From: Candidatus Poribacteria bacterium
GTDB lineage: Bacteria > Poribacteria > WGA-4E > GCA-2687025
Assembly (NCBI GenBank): GCA_963665845.2
Contig: OY762492.1
Location: 2,368,001-2,432,000 of the forward strand
DNA length: 64,000 nt
Reading direction: 5' to 3'
How positions within the stretch are numbered: position 1 is the first letter of the stretch; each line of letters opens with the position of its first letter. Both the position numbers and the translations under genes were made by a program. The notes below the pieces were generated by a model that worked only from the letters and a program-made list of their open reading frames with translations, had not been told where the DNA came from and ran no database searches. Below, piece by piece: positions 39,279-48,895 of this stretch.

Positions 39279-39377
39279 GTCTGAACTAGGATTGCCAAGA
39301 TGGAAAAGATTGCCAAGAAATTCCCGCAAACCGCTATCTTGGCAATCTTACTAATCCTTTAATCCTAGTTCAAAACC
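39279..39377. repeat. Repeat family B (TGAACTAGGATT inverted ends, internal GATTGCCAA 9-mers), copy 1
   Basis: Perfect 12-bp TIR at 39282-39293 and 39361-39372; inverted near-identical copy at 60472-60570. Confidence 0.85.
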
Positions 39378-39411
39378 AAGCGCAACCCGCCCGCGGAAAC
39401 CTCCCTGCCCC

Positions 39412-41448
39412 TTACAAAGGGGGAGTTATGGAAAAGCCCCTTAGCAGGCGGACGAGCAGATTGCCGTATTTGTCCACTGAAGCGCGGTCGCCTTTGCGAA
39501 GCAGGACGGCGGTGTCTTTCTGAACGATGACGGCATGCCCGTCCACCGTATGTCCGCGCCCTAGGCGCTTTCCGTCGTAAAACGGCGTTTGGAGTACGCC
39601 CTCATCGAAGACGACGCGCCGTTCCCCCGTCTTGGCGTCCTGCGCCGAACCGCCTGCCGTTTCCAACATTGGCGGCGTCGGCGGAACCGCCTTTTCCATG
39701 ACCCTCGCCCGCAGGTTCACAATTTCAACAGGCGCCCCGCGCATCGCGTGTCCATGCCGCGCCTCATGCGCCGAATGAAACGCCTCCAAAAAACCGCGCC
39801 TCAACGGAACGCTCAACTCAAACGACTGCCCGCGGTAACGCATATCCAGCTCCTTCAGCGCGGCGATGCGCGTCGGATCCGCGCCATGTTTTAACAGCTG
39901 CGCCGCCGCCCGTTCAACCATCCGCTCCGTCTGCCTGTCCAGCTCCTCAAACAGGGCGGCGCCGCCCAGCATGACGGTCTGCACATCGTCGACCGCCGCG
40001 TCCGCGGCCAGCATGCCGTATGCTGAAAGAGCCGCCGCGGCAAACGGAATCAGCGCCGTATGAATGCCGAGGCGGCGCGCCAGCCCGCAGGCGTGAAGCC
40101 CGCCGGCGCCGCCGAACGAGATGAGCGATTCCGCCCGCCCAAGCGCAATGTTGCGGACAGCGCCCTCCATGCGCGTGTCCGCAATCTGAACGACGCCCAG
40201 CGCCGTCGTTTCCGCCAGCGAGAGGCCGTCCCTCGGCTGTATGCCCGCCTCCTTGCCGAGGCGTTCCAGCGCCGCCCGCGCCTTGTCGACCTTCAGACGC
40301 ATCTGCCCGTCCAGAAAGGCGTTTGGATCAATGCGCCCTAAAACAAGGTTCGCGTCGGTGACGGTCGGCTCCTCTCCGCCTTTGCCGTAGCATATCGGCC
40401 CGGGTTCGGCTCCGGCGCTTTGCGGTCCGACCTGAACGGCGCCGCCCCTGTCCAGCTGGGCAATGGAGCCGCCGCCCGCGCCGATGGTGTGGATGTCGAT
40501 TGCCGGAAACGGCAGCGGCAGCCCATCGATCTCGGTCTGGGGCGTCATCTGCGGTTCGCCGATGATCATGGAGACGTCGGTGGAGGTTCCGCCCATGTCG
40601 AACGCCGCCGCGTTTGGAAGTCCCGCCAGACGCGCCGCAAACGCCGCCCCGACCGCCCCGCCTGCTGGTCCGGACAGGGCGGACCGCGCCGGCTGACGAC
40701 GCGCCAACTCCGACGCGACGGCTCCCCCGTTCGACTGCATCACCCGAAACTCAACGCCCTCCAGCTCCCGCTCAATGTTTCCTAAATATCTGTCCAGCGC
40801 CGGGGCGGTGTAGGCGTTCAACGCGGTTCCGCTCGCCCGCTCATACTCCCGAAACTTCGGCAGAATCTCGCTGGAGGCCGTCACAAAAAACCCGTCCGCG
40901 CGAAGCCGTTCCGCCGCCGTCCGCTCATGCTCTGGACGCAAAAACGAAAACAGAAAGCAGACCGCCACCGACTCCACCCCCAGCGCCTTCAGCCGAGCGG
41001 AAAGCGGCTCCAGTTCTTCAACGCGCAGCGGCGTCTGTATCTCGCCGTTGGAATCAACCCGTTCGGTCAGCTCAAAGCAGCGCTCTGGGGGTATCGTATG
41101 CGCGGGCTTGGCGGCGGTTAGATCGTAGATGTCCGCTCTGTTTTGACGGGCGATGGTCAAAATGTCCTTGAAGCCGCGCGTTCCAACAAAGGCGGCGCGC
41201 GCTCCTTTCCGCTCCAGAATCGCGTTCACCGCGACGGTCGATCCGTGCGCGACGGCTCTCAATCCGCCCTGTTTTAAAAAAGGGCGCAGACCCTCAAGCG
41301 CGGCGCGGGCGGGATCGTCCGGCGTGGAAAACCGCTTGAATCGGCGTATTTCGCCCGTCGATTCATCCAAAACGACAAAATCGGTGAAGGTGCCGCCGAT
41401 GTCCACCCCAATTTTCATCTTACAGATTTGCCTTTCTTGTGCCATCAT
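39412..41448 (-). CDS. Hydantoinase/oxoprolinase family, A-type (ATP-binding) subunit
   Basis: GVDIGGTFTD, HGSTVAVN, LSGPAGG, DMGGTSTD, GAGGGS, GPQSAGAEPGP, DMRYRGQS. Start is probably 41418. Confidence 0.92.
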   Translation of the reverse strand: MMAQERQICKMKIGVDIGGTFTDFVVLDESTGEIRRFKRFSTPDDPARAALEGLRPFLKQGGLRAVAHGSTVAVNAILERKGARAAFVGTRGFKDILTIARQNRADIYDLTAAKPAHTIPPERCFELTERVDSNGEIQTPLRVEELEPLSARLKALGVESVAVCFLFSFLRPEHERTAAERLRADGFFVTASSEILPKFREYERASGTALNAYTAPALDRYLGNIERELEGVEFRVMQSNGGAVASELARRQPARSALSGPAGGAVGAAFAARLAGLPNAAAFDMGGTSTDVSMIIGEPQMTPQTEIDGLPLPFPAIDIHTIGAGGGSIAQLDRGGAVQVGPQSAGAEPGPICYGKGGEEPTVTDANLVLGRIDPNAFLDGQMRLKVDKARAALERLGKEAGIQPRDGLSLAETTALGVVQIADTRMEGAVRNIALGRAESLISFGGAGGLHACGLARRLGIHTALIPFAAAALSAYGMLAADAAVDDVQTVMLGGAALFEELDRQTERMVERAAAQLLKHGADPTRIAALKELDMRYRGQSFELSVPLRRGFLEAFHSAHEARHGHAMRGAPVEIVNLRARVMEKAVPPTPPMLETAGGSAQDAKTGERRVVFDEGVLQTPFYDGKRLGRGHTVDGHAVIVQKDTAVLLRKGDRASVDKYGNLLVRLLRGFSITPPL

Positions 41449-41480
41449 GAGAGTGTATCAACACATACGCGGGGAGCTTC

Positions 41481-42785
41481 ATGAACACGCTAGAGTATAT
41501 CAACGTTGAAGGTTTGGACAAATGCACCCACTGCGGCTTCTGCCTCCCGACCTGCCCGACCTACGAGCAGCTCGGTTTTGAGATGGACTCGCCGCGCGGA
41601 CGCCTGTTTCTCATGAAAGCAGCGATAGAGGGCAGAGCCGAGATGGGCGAGCAGTTTGAAACGCACATGTATCGGTGCTTAGAATGCCGCGCATGCGAGA
41701 CGGCATGCCCCTCCGGCGTCCCGTTCGGCATACTGATGGAGCAGGCGCGCGCCGCGTATGAGGCGTCGGGGCGCCGCTCTTGGCTCCAGCGGCTGACGAT
41801 GCGCCTCGCCTACCGCTCCCTTCTGCCGAAGCAATGGCGGCTGCGTTTGCTCTTCGGGTTGATGCGCTTCTATCAGCGGTCGGGGCTTCAGAAGCTCGTC
41901 CGGCGGTCGGGCGTTCTGCGCCTGCTTGGACGCATGGGCGCGATGGAGGCGATGGCGCCGCCGCTGCCGTCGGGGCGTTTTTTGCGCGAGCTGAAACCGA
42001 TCATGCCGGCGCAGACAGAACGGCGTTACCGCGTCGGCTTTGTTGCGGGATGCGTCATGCAGCCGATGTTTGCCGATGTGAACGCGGCGACCGTCCGCGT
42101 CTTGACGCGCAACGGATGCGAGGTCGTAACCCCAAAACGGCAGCAATGCTGCGGCGCCCTGCATCTCCATAACGGCGTCCGAGACGAAGCGAAGCGTCTC
42201 GCAAAGCTGAACATCGAGACGTTTCTGGACGAGGAGCTGGACGCGGTCGTCATCAACTCGGCGGGATGCGGAGCCGCGCTGAAAGAGTACGGCGAGCTGT
42301 TTGAAGACGACCCAGAAATGCGGGACAAGGCGGAAGAGTTCAGCGAAAAAATGCGCGACGTCACGGAATGGCTTGTCGAGATCGGTTTTGAGCCGCCTGA
42401 ACATGCGATCGAGCGGCGGGCGACTTACGACGACCCATGCCATCTGCTGCACGGGCAGGGCGTCCGCGCGGAGCCGCGCAAGCTGATACAGAGCGTCCCA
42501 GGGCTTGCGTTTGACGAGATGGTCGAGGCGGACTGGTGTTGCGGAAGCGCGGGCGTCTATAACATCTTACAGCCCGAAATCGCCGAGCAGACGCTGGAGC
42601 GCAAGATGCCGCATGTGGAGGCGGCGCAGGCAGACCTGCTCATCACCGCGAACCCTGGATGCATGATCCAGCTGCGCGCCGGCATACAGAAACGGGGGCT
42701 TGAGACGCGCGTTCTGCATCTCATGGAGCTGCTGGACTGGGCGTACACGGGCGAAGAGCCGGATTCGATACGGCGCGGGTTTTAG
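41481..42785 (+). CDS. Fe-S oxidoreductase with CCG domains (glycolate oxidase GlcF-like)
   Basis: CTHCGFCLPTCPTY, SPRGR, CLECRACETACPSG, two CCG motifs, ANPGC. Confidence 0.9.
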   Translation: MNTLEYINVEGLDKCTHCGFCLPTCPTYEQLGFEMDSPRGRLFLMKAAIEGRAEMGEQFETHMYRCLECRACETACPSGVPFGILMEQARAAYEASGRRSWLQRLTMRLAYRSLLPKQWRLRLLFGLMRFYQRSGLQKLVRRSGVLRLLGRMGAMEAMAPPLPSGRFLRELKPIMPAQTERRYRVGFVAGCVMQPMFADVNAATVRVLTRNGCEVVTPKRQQCCGALHLHNGVRDEAKRLAKLNIETFLDEELDAVVINSAGCGAALKEYGELFEDDPEMRDKAEEFSEKMRDVTEWLVEIGFEPPEHAIERRATYDDPCHLLHGQGVRAEPRKLIQSVPGLAFDEMVEADWCCGSAGVYNILQPEIAEQTLERKMPHVEAAQADLLITANPGCMIQLRAGIQKRGLETRVLHLMELLDWAYTGEEPDSIRRGF

Positions 42786-42965
42786 CGTCGGTCAAAAGAC
42801 CCGCTTGCCCATAAATCGTTGTTGCGCGCCGGCGAAAGCCATTGTGCGATACAGAGGAGAAGGAAATGGCCTGCCGGAGACAGGCGTGGAGGCTGTGAGA
42901 CCGAATGACGACGCGAAGTTCCTTTTCGAATGAGCTTGCTGCGCGCCCGGTTTTCATAGAAGGAG

Positions 42966-44099
42966 TTGATGATGCGCCGAAACGCAGAATTGTTCGCCGT
43001 TTGCGCGGTTGCCGCTGCGCTGCTGTTGGCGGGAGCTTCGCGCGCTTCCGCAGTCGGCGCGCTGCCGACGCCGAGAGAGGATGTGACGAAGCTGGAAAAG
43101 CCAACCATCAGCTACAACTCGTATGACGACTACGAGATTCGTCTCATGAACTGGGACGGGACAAACGACCGACTCTGGTTAAGCAATGGAAAGATCAGGT
43201 TCACTCCTCTGGAATGGTCGCCAAACGGCAAGCGCGCCGGGGTGATCACGTTCGACAAGAGGGGATACACGCCTTATGTGATTGATCTGAAAACCGGCCA
43301 ATCTAAAAATCTGATCGACTTGGGCATTCCCGAACCGAAGGGATCATATCGGTGCCTCGATTGGTCGCCCGACGGAAACTGGATGACGCTGGTCAACACC
43401 TGGTATGTTACCAACATCATCGTTCACGGGTTCATCTGCAAAGTGAACGTCGTGAACGGTAAATATGTCCGTCTGACAAAAAATCCGTGGATGCATCCAG
43501 ACAAACCGACATGGTCTCCGGACGGTAAAAGGATTGCGTTCAACGGTTTAAAAGAGCCTAGAATAGAAGGGGTTCCCGCCAACAGCGAAATTTTTGTGAT
43601 GAACGCCGAAGGGTCCAACCTGACGAACCTTACCGACCATCCGGCATGGGAAGAGTATCCAACCTGGTCTCCGGACGGGAAGAAGATCGTCTTTCGCGGC
43701 TACCGCGACAATCAGGAGATTGAGGTACGTCGTCCGGTGGGGCGGGGGGAGCTGTATATGATCGACCTGGAGAGCAGAGATGTGGAGCGGCTGACCTTCA
43801 ACACAGGCTGGGAAGGCTCAGTTTCTTGGTCTCCCGATTCCCGATGGATTGTGTATCGGGCGGGTCCTGTCGGTCCGGGTCCTGACGATAAGACTCCAGA
43901 GGGCGTTTACCGCATGCATCTCCCGACGAGGGAGGTTGTTCTCGTGCGGGAGATGGAGATACGCGATCCGAGATGGGTCTTGGCGGGCAAGAGCCGCTTC
44001 CTCTCCGTTGACCTTGCGGGTAAAAAAAAAGCCCAGTGGGGAGCGGTGAAAAAAGCGGACAGCAGCCCGAATAGTCCAACTTCGCAGGACGGCGAATGA
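42966..44099 (+). CDS. Secreted TolB-like PD40 beta-propeller protein with C-terminal SVD..GK....WG..K tail
   Basis: Signal peptide; repeated WSPDG/WSPNG; tail LSVDLAGKKKAQWGAVKK. Confidence 0.85.
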   Translation: MMMRRNAELFAVCAVAAALLLAGASRASAVGALPTPREDVTKLEKPTISYNSYDDYEIRLMNWDGTNDRLWLSNGKIRFTPLEWSPNGKRAGVITFDKRGYTPYVIDLKTGQSKNLIDLGIPEPKGSYRCLDWSPDGNWMTLVNTWYVTNIIVHGFICKVNVVNGKYVRLTKNPWMHPDKPTWSPDGKRIAFNGLKEPRIEGVPANSEIFVMNAEGSNLTNLTDHPAWEEYPTWSPDGKKIVFRGYRDNQEIEVRRPVGRGELYMIDLESRDVERLTFNTGWEGSVSWSPDSRWIVYRAGPVGPGPDDKTPEGVYRMHLPTREVVLVREMEIRDPRWVLAGKSRFLSVDLAGKKKAQWGAVKKADSSPNSPTSQDGE

Positions 44100-44179
44100 C
44101 GCGCGGGGAAGGTTTATGCCCTCGCGCAGGCGGGGGCATGCCTTCCCTTTGCATCTTTGCCGCATCCGAAACGGGGCGG

Positions 44180-44500
44180 TTATTCCTCCGTCGGTTCTTC
44201 TTCCGCCGCTCGTTTCTGCGCTTCCTTGACCGCGTTTTCAACCCGAAGATAGAGCATCCGCATATCGTAAAGGATGTTCTCAAGGTAGCTTTTTTCAGGG
44301 GCGGTGGCGTTCGACGCCGTTTTTTCTTCTAGGATCGTCAGCAGGTTGATGGCGTATTGGGCGTAAAGCAGGTCGATGACCGGCGCGTCGGTCTGCGGGT
44401 GATTCACCGCGCCGAGAGCCATCTTCGCCTGCGCCGCCAGAAAATCGACCAGCGCGTTCATGTTCGGCTCCGGAAAATGCCGTTCATCCATTTCAGCCAT
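44180..44500 (-). CDS. DUF1844 domain protein
   Basis: QAKMALG...P......DL..AQYAINLL.ILEEKT..N....E...L..ILYDMRMLY; ATG 44500 after GGGAG. Confidence 0.8.
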   Translation of the reverse strand: MAEMDERHFPEPNMNALVDFLAAQAKMALGAVNHPQTDAPVIDLLYAQYAINLLTILEEKTASNATAPEKSYLENILYDMRMLYLRVENAVKEAQKRAAEEEPTEE

Positions 44501-44501
44501 T

Positions 44502-45905
44502 TCAACTTTTCTCCCCGTTTGAGTTCGCGTCCGGGCGCGACGATTTCGGCGCAATGCGGACGCGCCGAACGCTCCGCTCATCCGCCTCCAGAACGATGAC
44601 CATCAGATCGTCCGTCTCGACGACATCGCTTTTTTCCGGTATCTTGTCCAGCCTGTGCATCAGAAAACCGCCAATCGTTTCGTAATTGCCTTCCGGTATG
44701 GCGGCGGCGTCTTTCAACATGCTCAGCTCCGTATCGCCGCCGCATTCAATGACGCCGGTTCGTTCGTTCAGATGGTAGATGTCATGCTCGTCGTCCCGTT
44801 CGTCCCGTATTTCGCCGACGATCTCTTCCACCAGGTCTTCCATCGTCACCAGCCCGACCACGTTTCCGCGCTCATCCACCGCAAACGCCATGGAACGGCG
44901 CTGAAGGCGCAGCTCCGCCAGCAGCGTCGAGACCAGCTTCGTTTCCGGCACAAAGAGCGGCTTTCGGCGTATGAACGGGTCGATCGTCTCGGCGCCCGCC
45001 TCGTCGTAGATCACATCCAGGATATAGACGATGCCGACGATGTCGTACGCCCGTTCCGAATAGACCGGCACGCGCGAATAGCCGGACTCGCGCACCTTTT
45101 CCATCAGCTCGTCGACCGAGGAGCCTTCCTGTATGGAGACGAAGTCGGCGAGGGGGCGCATCACCCGTTCCACGCGCTGCTCGTAGGTTTCCAGGACGCC
45201 ATGAATCATCTTGCGCTGGTCTTCTTCCAGCGCGCCGTCCTCTTCGCCTGTTTCGGCAAGTATGCGCAGGTCTTCGCGGGTGACAATCTCCGGCTGCCCC
45301 GTCTGACCTGTCAGGCGCATGAACGCTGTCGCCGCGCCGAGTATGACGAAGTTGACGGGTCGAAACGCCCAGTCGAACGCGCCGAGGAGAGGCGCGATGC
45401 GCCGCATGATGCGGTCGGGGTAGGCGCGCGCGAGCGACTTCGGCAGGATCTCTCCAAACAGAAGCAGCAGCGAGCCGACTGCAACTGTGTTGACGATGTC
45501 CAGATGCTCCTCCAGCGAGTACGCTTTCAGCAGGCTTCCCGCGACCACATAGCTGCAGACGCCGGCGCCCGCGTTCACCAGGTTGTTTCCGATTAGGATG
45601 GTCGCTTGCGTCCGTTCTTTAGGTTTATAAAGGGAGGCGGCTTTGCGCGCGGACGCGTCGCCCAGCTCCGCTTCCGCCTCCAGTTTCGGCAGATTGGCGC
45701 AGAGAAACGCCGTTTCGGAACCTGAAAAGAGAGCCGAAAACGCCAAACATCCCAGCGCGATGACAAGATAGAGCGCCGCGGAGGTTTCGTCTCCCGGTTG
45801 AGCTACGGCGCCGTTGTCCGCCAGAGCCGACAACGCGGCGCCGATGGCCGCGCCTACGGCGATCCAGCGGAAAGCGGAGCTGTAGGGGATCAATCGGCGC
45901 GTCAA
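44502..45905 (-). CDS. Hemolysin/CNNM family protein (DUF21 + CBS pair + CorC_HlyC)
   Basis: FSGSETAF, ILIGNNLVN, FGEILPK, SGYSRVPVY, EDLVEEIVGEI, YETIGG. Confidence 0.9.
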   Translation of the reverse strand: MTRRLIPYSSAFRWIAVGAAIGAALSALADNGAVAQPGDETSAALYLVIALGCLAFSALFSGSETAFLCANLPKLEAEAELGDASARKAASLYKPKERTQATILIGNNLVNAGAGVCSYVVAGSLLKAYSLEEHLDIVNTVAVGSLLLLFGEILPKSLARAYPDRIMRRIAPLLGAFDWAFRPVNFVILGAATAFMRLTGQTGQPEIVTREDLRILAETGEEDGALEEDQRKMIHGVLETYEQRVERVMRPLADFVSIQEGSSVDELMEKVRESGYSRVPVYSERAYDIVGIVYILDVIYDEAGAETIDPFIRRKPLFVPETKLVSTLLAELRLQRRSMAFAVDERGNVVGLVTMEDLVEEIVGEIRDERDDEHDIYHLNERTGVIECGGDTELSMLKDAAAIPEGNYETIGGFLMHRLDKIPEKSDVVETDDLMVIVLEADERSVRRVRIAPKSSRPDANSNGEKS

Positions 45906-47323
45906 GCGTTCTCTCCTTCCTCGTCCGTTTCATCGGGGCGGCGCGTCACCAGCGCCGACAAAATGCGTTCGCCGTCCATCTCGGTCACGGTGAAGGTGTA
46001 GCCCAGCTCGTCCGTCACCGAATCGCCCGCCGACGGGGCTTGTCCGAACAGGTTGAACATATACCCGCCGAGTGTGACCGCGTCTTCGTCATGAAAAGAG
46101 GTTTCCAGCAGCTTGGAGGCGGCGCGCAAACTGGTCTTCGCGGGCAGCGGAATGCCGCCCTTCTCAAGCAGCGTCAGATCGTACTCTTCCGCTTCCTCTT
46201 CCAGCTCATCGTCGTCATCGTATTCGTCCACGATTTCGCCGACAATCTCCTCCACAATATCCTCTAGCGTCGCGAGGCCGGCGACGCCGGCGTATTCGTC
46301 CAGCAGGATCGCCATCTGCGTTCCGGCGTCGGAGAAGTCGTTCAGGAGCGCATGGAGCGGCTTCGATTCGGGCGCTTTGAGCGGCGGGCGGATCAGCGTC
46401 TCTTTGCCTTCTGGACGGTTGCGCATCCGCTCCATCAGCTCGCCGATGGTCGCGTCCAGGTCGGGCTGACCGGGGAAGTGGATCGGGAGGTCTTTGACAT
46501 GCAGAACGCCGACGATCTTGTCCGGCGTCTCGTCATAGACCGGCAGCCGCGAGTGTCCGACGCTGCGCGCCGTTTCAAGCGCTTCGCGCAGCGTTCGCCC
46601 TTTTTCGACGCAGACCATCTCGGTGCGCGGGACCAGTATGTCTTTCGCCTGCGTGTCTTGCAGGTCGAAGACGCGGTCAATGAGACGGCGTTCGTCCGTT
46701 TCGATCTGTCCCGTTTCGGCTCCCGCGTCGGCGGCGCCGCGTATCTCCTCCTCGGTGACGGCAGGTTCGGCGGACGGATTGCGCAGACGAAAGACGCGCA
46801 CCACCATATCGATTGCCCAGCGCATAGAGAAACGGAGCGGAGCGAGCAGACGCGAGCAGAACCAAAGCGGCAACGCGATAAAAGCCGAGACGCGGTCCGC
46901 ATGCCGTATGGCGAAGGTTTTCGGTCCGATCTCGCCGAAAAACAGCGTCAGAAGTGTCGCCGAGACGACCGCGGCGGAGGCGGCGTACTGGGCGCTCCAT
47001 TGGAAGACGTTGTCGCTGACCTGCTGCCATGAGGAGGCGACGACGGTCGCGATGGCGGCGTTCACAAAGGCGTTGCCGATCAGGGAGGTGTTGAGCAGGT
47101 TGCGCGGGTTGTCGACAAACATGACGATGCGGCGGCTGATGAGGCTTTTGGAGTCGCGCCGCCTGCGCACCTGGGAGCGGCTTAGGGTGAACATGGCAGT
47201 CTCGGAACTGGAGAAGAAGCCGGACAGCATGAGCAGCCCGCAAAGAAGCGCCGCTTCAGGAGCCAAGCCGCGGAGCGTCTCCATCAGTTTTGAGAGGTAT
47301 GCTTGTAACGAAGACTCGTCCAA
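45902..47323 (-). CDS. Second hemolysin/CNNM family protein
   Basis: FFSSSETA, FGEIGPK, GHSRLPVY, EDIVEEIVGEIVDEYD. Confidence 0.9.
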   Translation of the reverse strand: MDESSLQAYLSKLMETLRGLAPEAALLCGLLMLSGFFSSSETAMFTLSRSQVRRRRDSKSLISRRIVMFVDNPRNLLNTSLIGNAFVNAAIATVVASSWQQVSDNVFQWSAQYAASAAVVSATLLTLFFGEIGPKTFAIRHADRVSAFIALPLWFCSRLLAPLRFSMRWAIDMVVRVFRLRNPSAEPAVTEEEIRGAADAGAETGQIETDERRLIDRVFDLQDTQAKDILVPRTEMVCVEKGRTLREALETARSVGHSRLPVYDETPDKIVGVLHVKDLPIHFPGQPDLDATIGELMERMRNRPEGKETLIRPPLKAPESKPLHALLNDFSDAGTQMAILLDEYAGVAGLATLEDIVEEIVGEIVDEYDDDDELEEEAEEYDLTLLEKGGIPLPAKTSLRAASKLLETSFHDEDAVTLGGYMFNLFGQAPSAGDSVTDELGYTFTVTEMDGERILSALVTRRPDETDEEGENA

Positions 47324-47347
47324 AAATCGCCTCCAGCGATGCGGGCT

Positions 47348-47650
47348 TTAGCCGTCCGTGTCCCGTTGGGAGCGGCGTTTCATTTTTTCTTGAAACGCGG
47401 TTTCTAGATCAACGCCGGTCTGATTCGCCAGCGCCAGCAGCACAAACAGTATATCCGCCATCTCCTCGTCCAGATTGCGCGACCTGTCGGACGGCTTCCA
47501 GCGCTGGTCGCCGTATTGACGCGACATGACGCGCGCCAGCTCCCCGACCTCCTCCATCAGAACGACCGCGTTCGTCAGCTCGGAGTAGTAACCTTCCGTC
47601 GTGGATGCGATCCACTCGTCCACCTGCCGCTGCGCTTCCCGTATCGACAT
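47348..47650 (-). CDS. MazG-like nucleotide pyrophosphohydrolase
   Basis: From ATG 47650: MSIREAQRQVDEWI...LMEEVGELAR...EEMADILFVL. The longer listed ORF merely runs into the IS antisense strand. Confidence 0.88.
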   Translation of the reverse strand: MSIREAQRQVDEWIASTTEGYYSELTNAVVLMEEVGELARVMSRQYGDQRWKPSDRSRNLDEEMADILFVLLALANQTGVDLETAFQEKMKRRSQRDTDG

Positions 47651-47777
47651 TTGCCCCCGCTGTGTTCGCCCGCAATGAAAATCTAGCGTACCATGAGTTC
47701 GAACGCAATGCAAGCAAACCGATTTAACCCTAGAGCGTTCGCCCCCTCGGAAAACCCCCCAGCCCCCCTTTTCAAGG

Positions 47778-48797
47778 GGTACTACACGTTTGACTATATA
47801 AGCGGATTGCGCTACTCTAAAGGAAGATTGAGAAAGGAAATTCCAATGCAATCTACCAGTATCTACGAGATTTTTGAAAAATATCCCGATGAAAAAAGCG
47901 CCGCCCGATTCTTTGAAGAAAGCCGATGGCCGAACCACATCTGCTGCCCCCGATGCGATTCCAAAAACATCGCCCGAGTGAAAAACGCCAAACCGATGCC
48001 GCTCAGATGCCGAACATGCCGCAAGTATTTCAGCGTCCGCACGGGAACCATCATGGAGAAAAGCAAAATCCCCCTCCATATGTGGCTTCTGGCGCTCTAC
48101 TTGCTCCTGACGTTTAAAAAAGGCGTATCGAGCGTTACGATGGGAAAAATACTGGGCATAAGGAACCAGACTCCGCATGGTCCCTAGGCCGCCGCATCCG
48201 AGCCGCGATGGTAAGCGACGACGAAATGCTGAGCGGAACCGTGGAGATAGACGAGGTCTACGTCGGCGGCAAAGAGAGTAATAAGCATCGCAGGAAAAAG
48301 CTGGGCGTCAGAAGCGGAACCCGCGGCAAGCAGACCGTGATCGGCATGCGTCAAAGAAACGGCGAAATCCGCGCGTTTCTGCTGGACAATATGAAGATAA
48401 AAACGGTTCATGGCGCTGTAAGGGCGAATGTGGCGCCTGGGTCCACCGTTTATACCGACGCTCTCTCGACCTACAAGGGCATGGGGAATACACGCATGCC
48501 GCTGTCTCGCATCAGAAAGGCGAGTATGTTCGCGGCGATGTTCACACCAACAGCATCGAGTCGTTCTGGGCCGTCCTGAAACGCGGATACCGCGGCGTTT
48601 ACCATTTCATGTCATTTAAACATCTGGGTTTATATGTCAGCGAATTCGTGTATCGGTTCAATGTTGGCATCGACAACAGCCTGGACACTCTCGGCAAACT
48701 GATTCCGCGCATGGTCGGCAAGCGTCTCACCTTTGCGGATCTGAAAGGAGAGGGCGGCGAGAAACGACAGCAAATGGCTATCTAGGAATATAGCCCC
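47778..48797 (+). mobile_element. IS1595-family insertion sequence
   Basis: Imperfect inverted ends GGTACTACACGTTTGACTA / GGGGCTATATTCCTAGATA around a transposase; about 1.0 kb; lower GC than the flanks. Ends approximate. Confidence 0.85.
47846..48785 (+). pseudogene. IS1595 transposase with two frameshifts
   Basis: Zn ribbon CPRC...CRTC, FSVRTGT, VEIDEVYVGG, VYTD, HTNSIESFW, EF.YRFN spread over three ORF segments; frameshifts near 48165 and 48485. Confidence 0.88.
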
Positions 48798-48895
48798 CCT
48801 TGAAAAGGGTCGCGTCCGATTCCCCCCTTGAAAAGGGGGGCTGGGGGGGTTTAAGGGCGGCAGTCGCGCAAAAAAGAATACCATGCATGGGCGTA

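Noticed and set aside
42786-42965. Possible riboswitch in the leader of the PD40 gene
   Set aside because: Only short hairpins; I could not match any known aptamer consensus.
47651-48178. N-terminal extension of the MazG-like ORF to 276 aa
   Set aside because: The extension is the antisense strand of the IS1595 transposase. The recognisable domain begins at ATG 47650.
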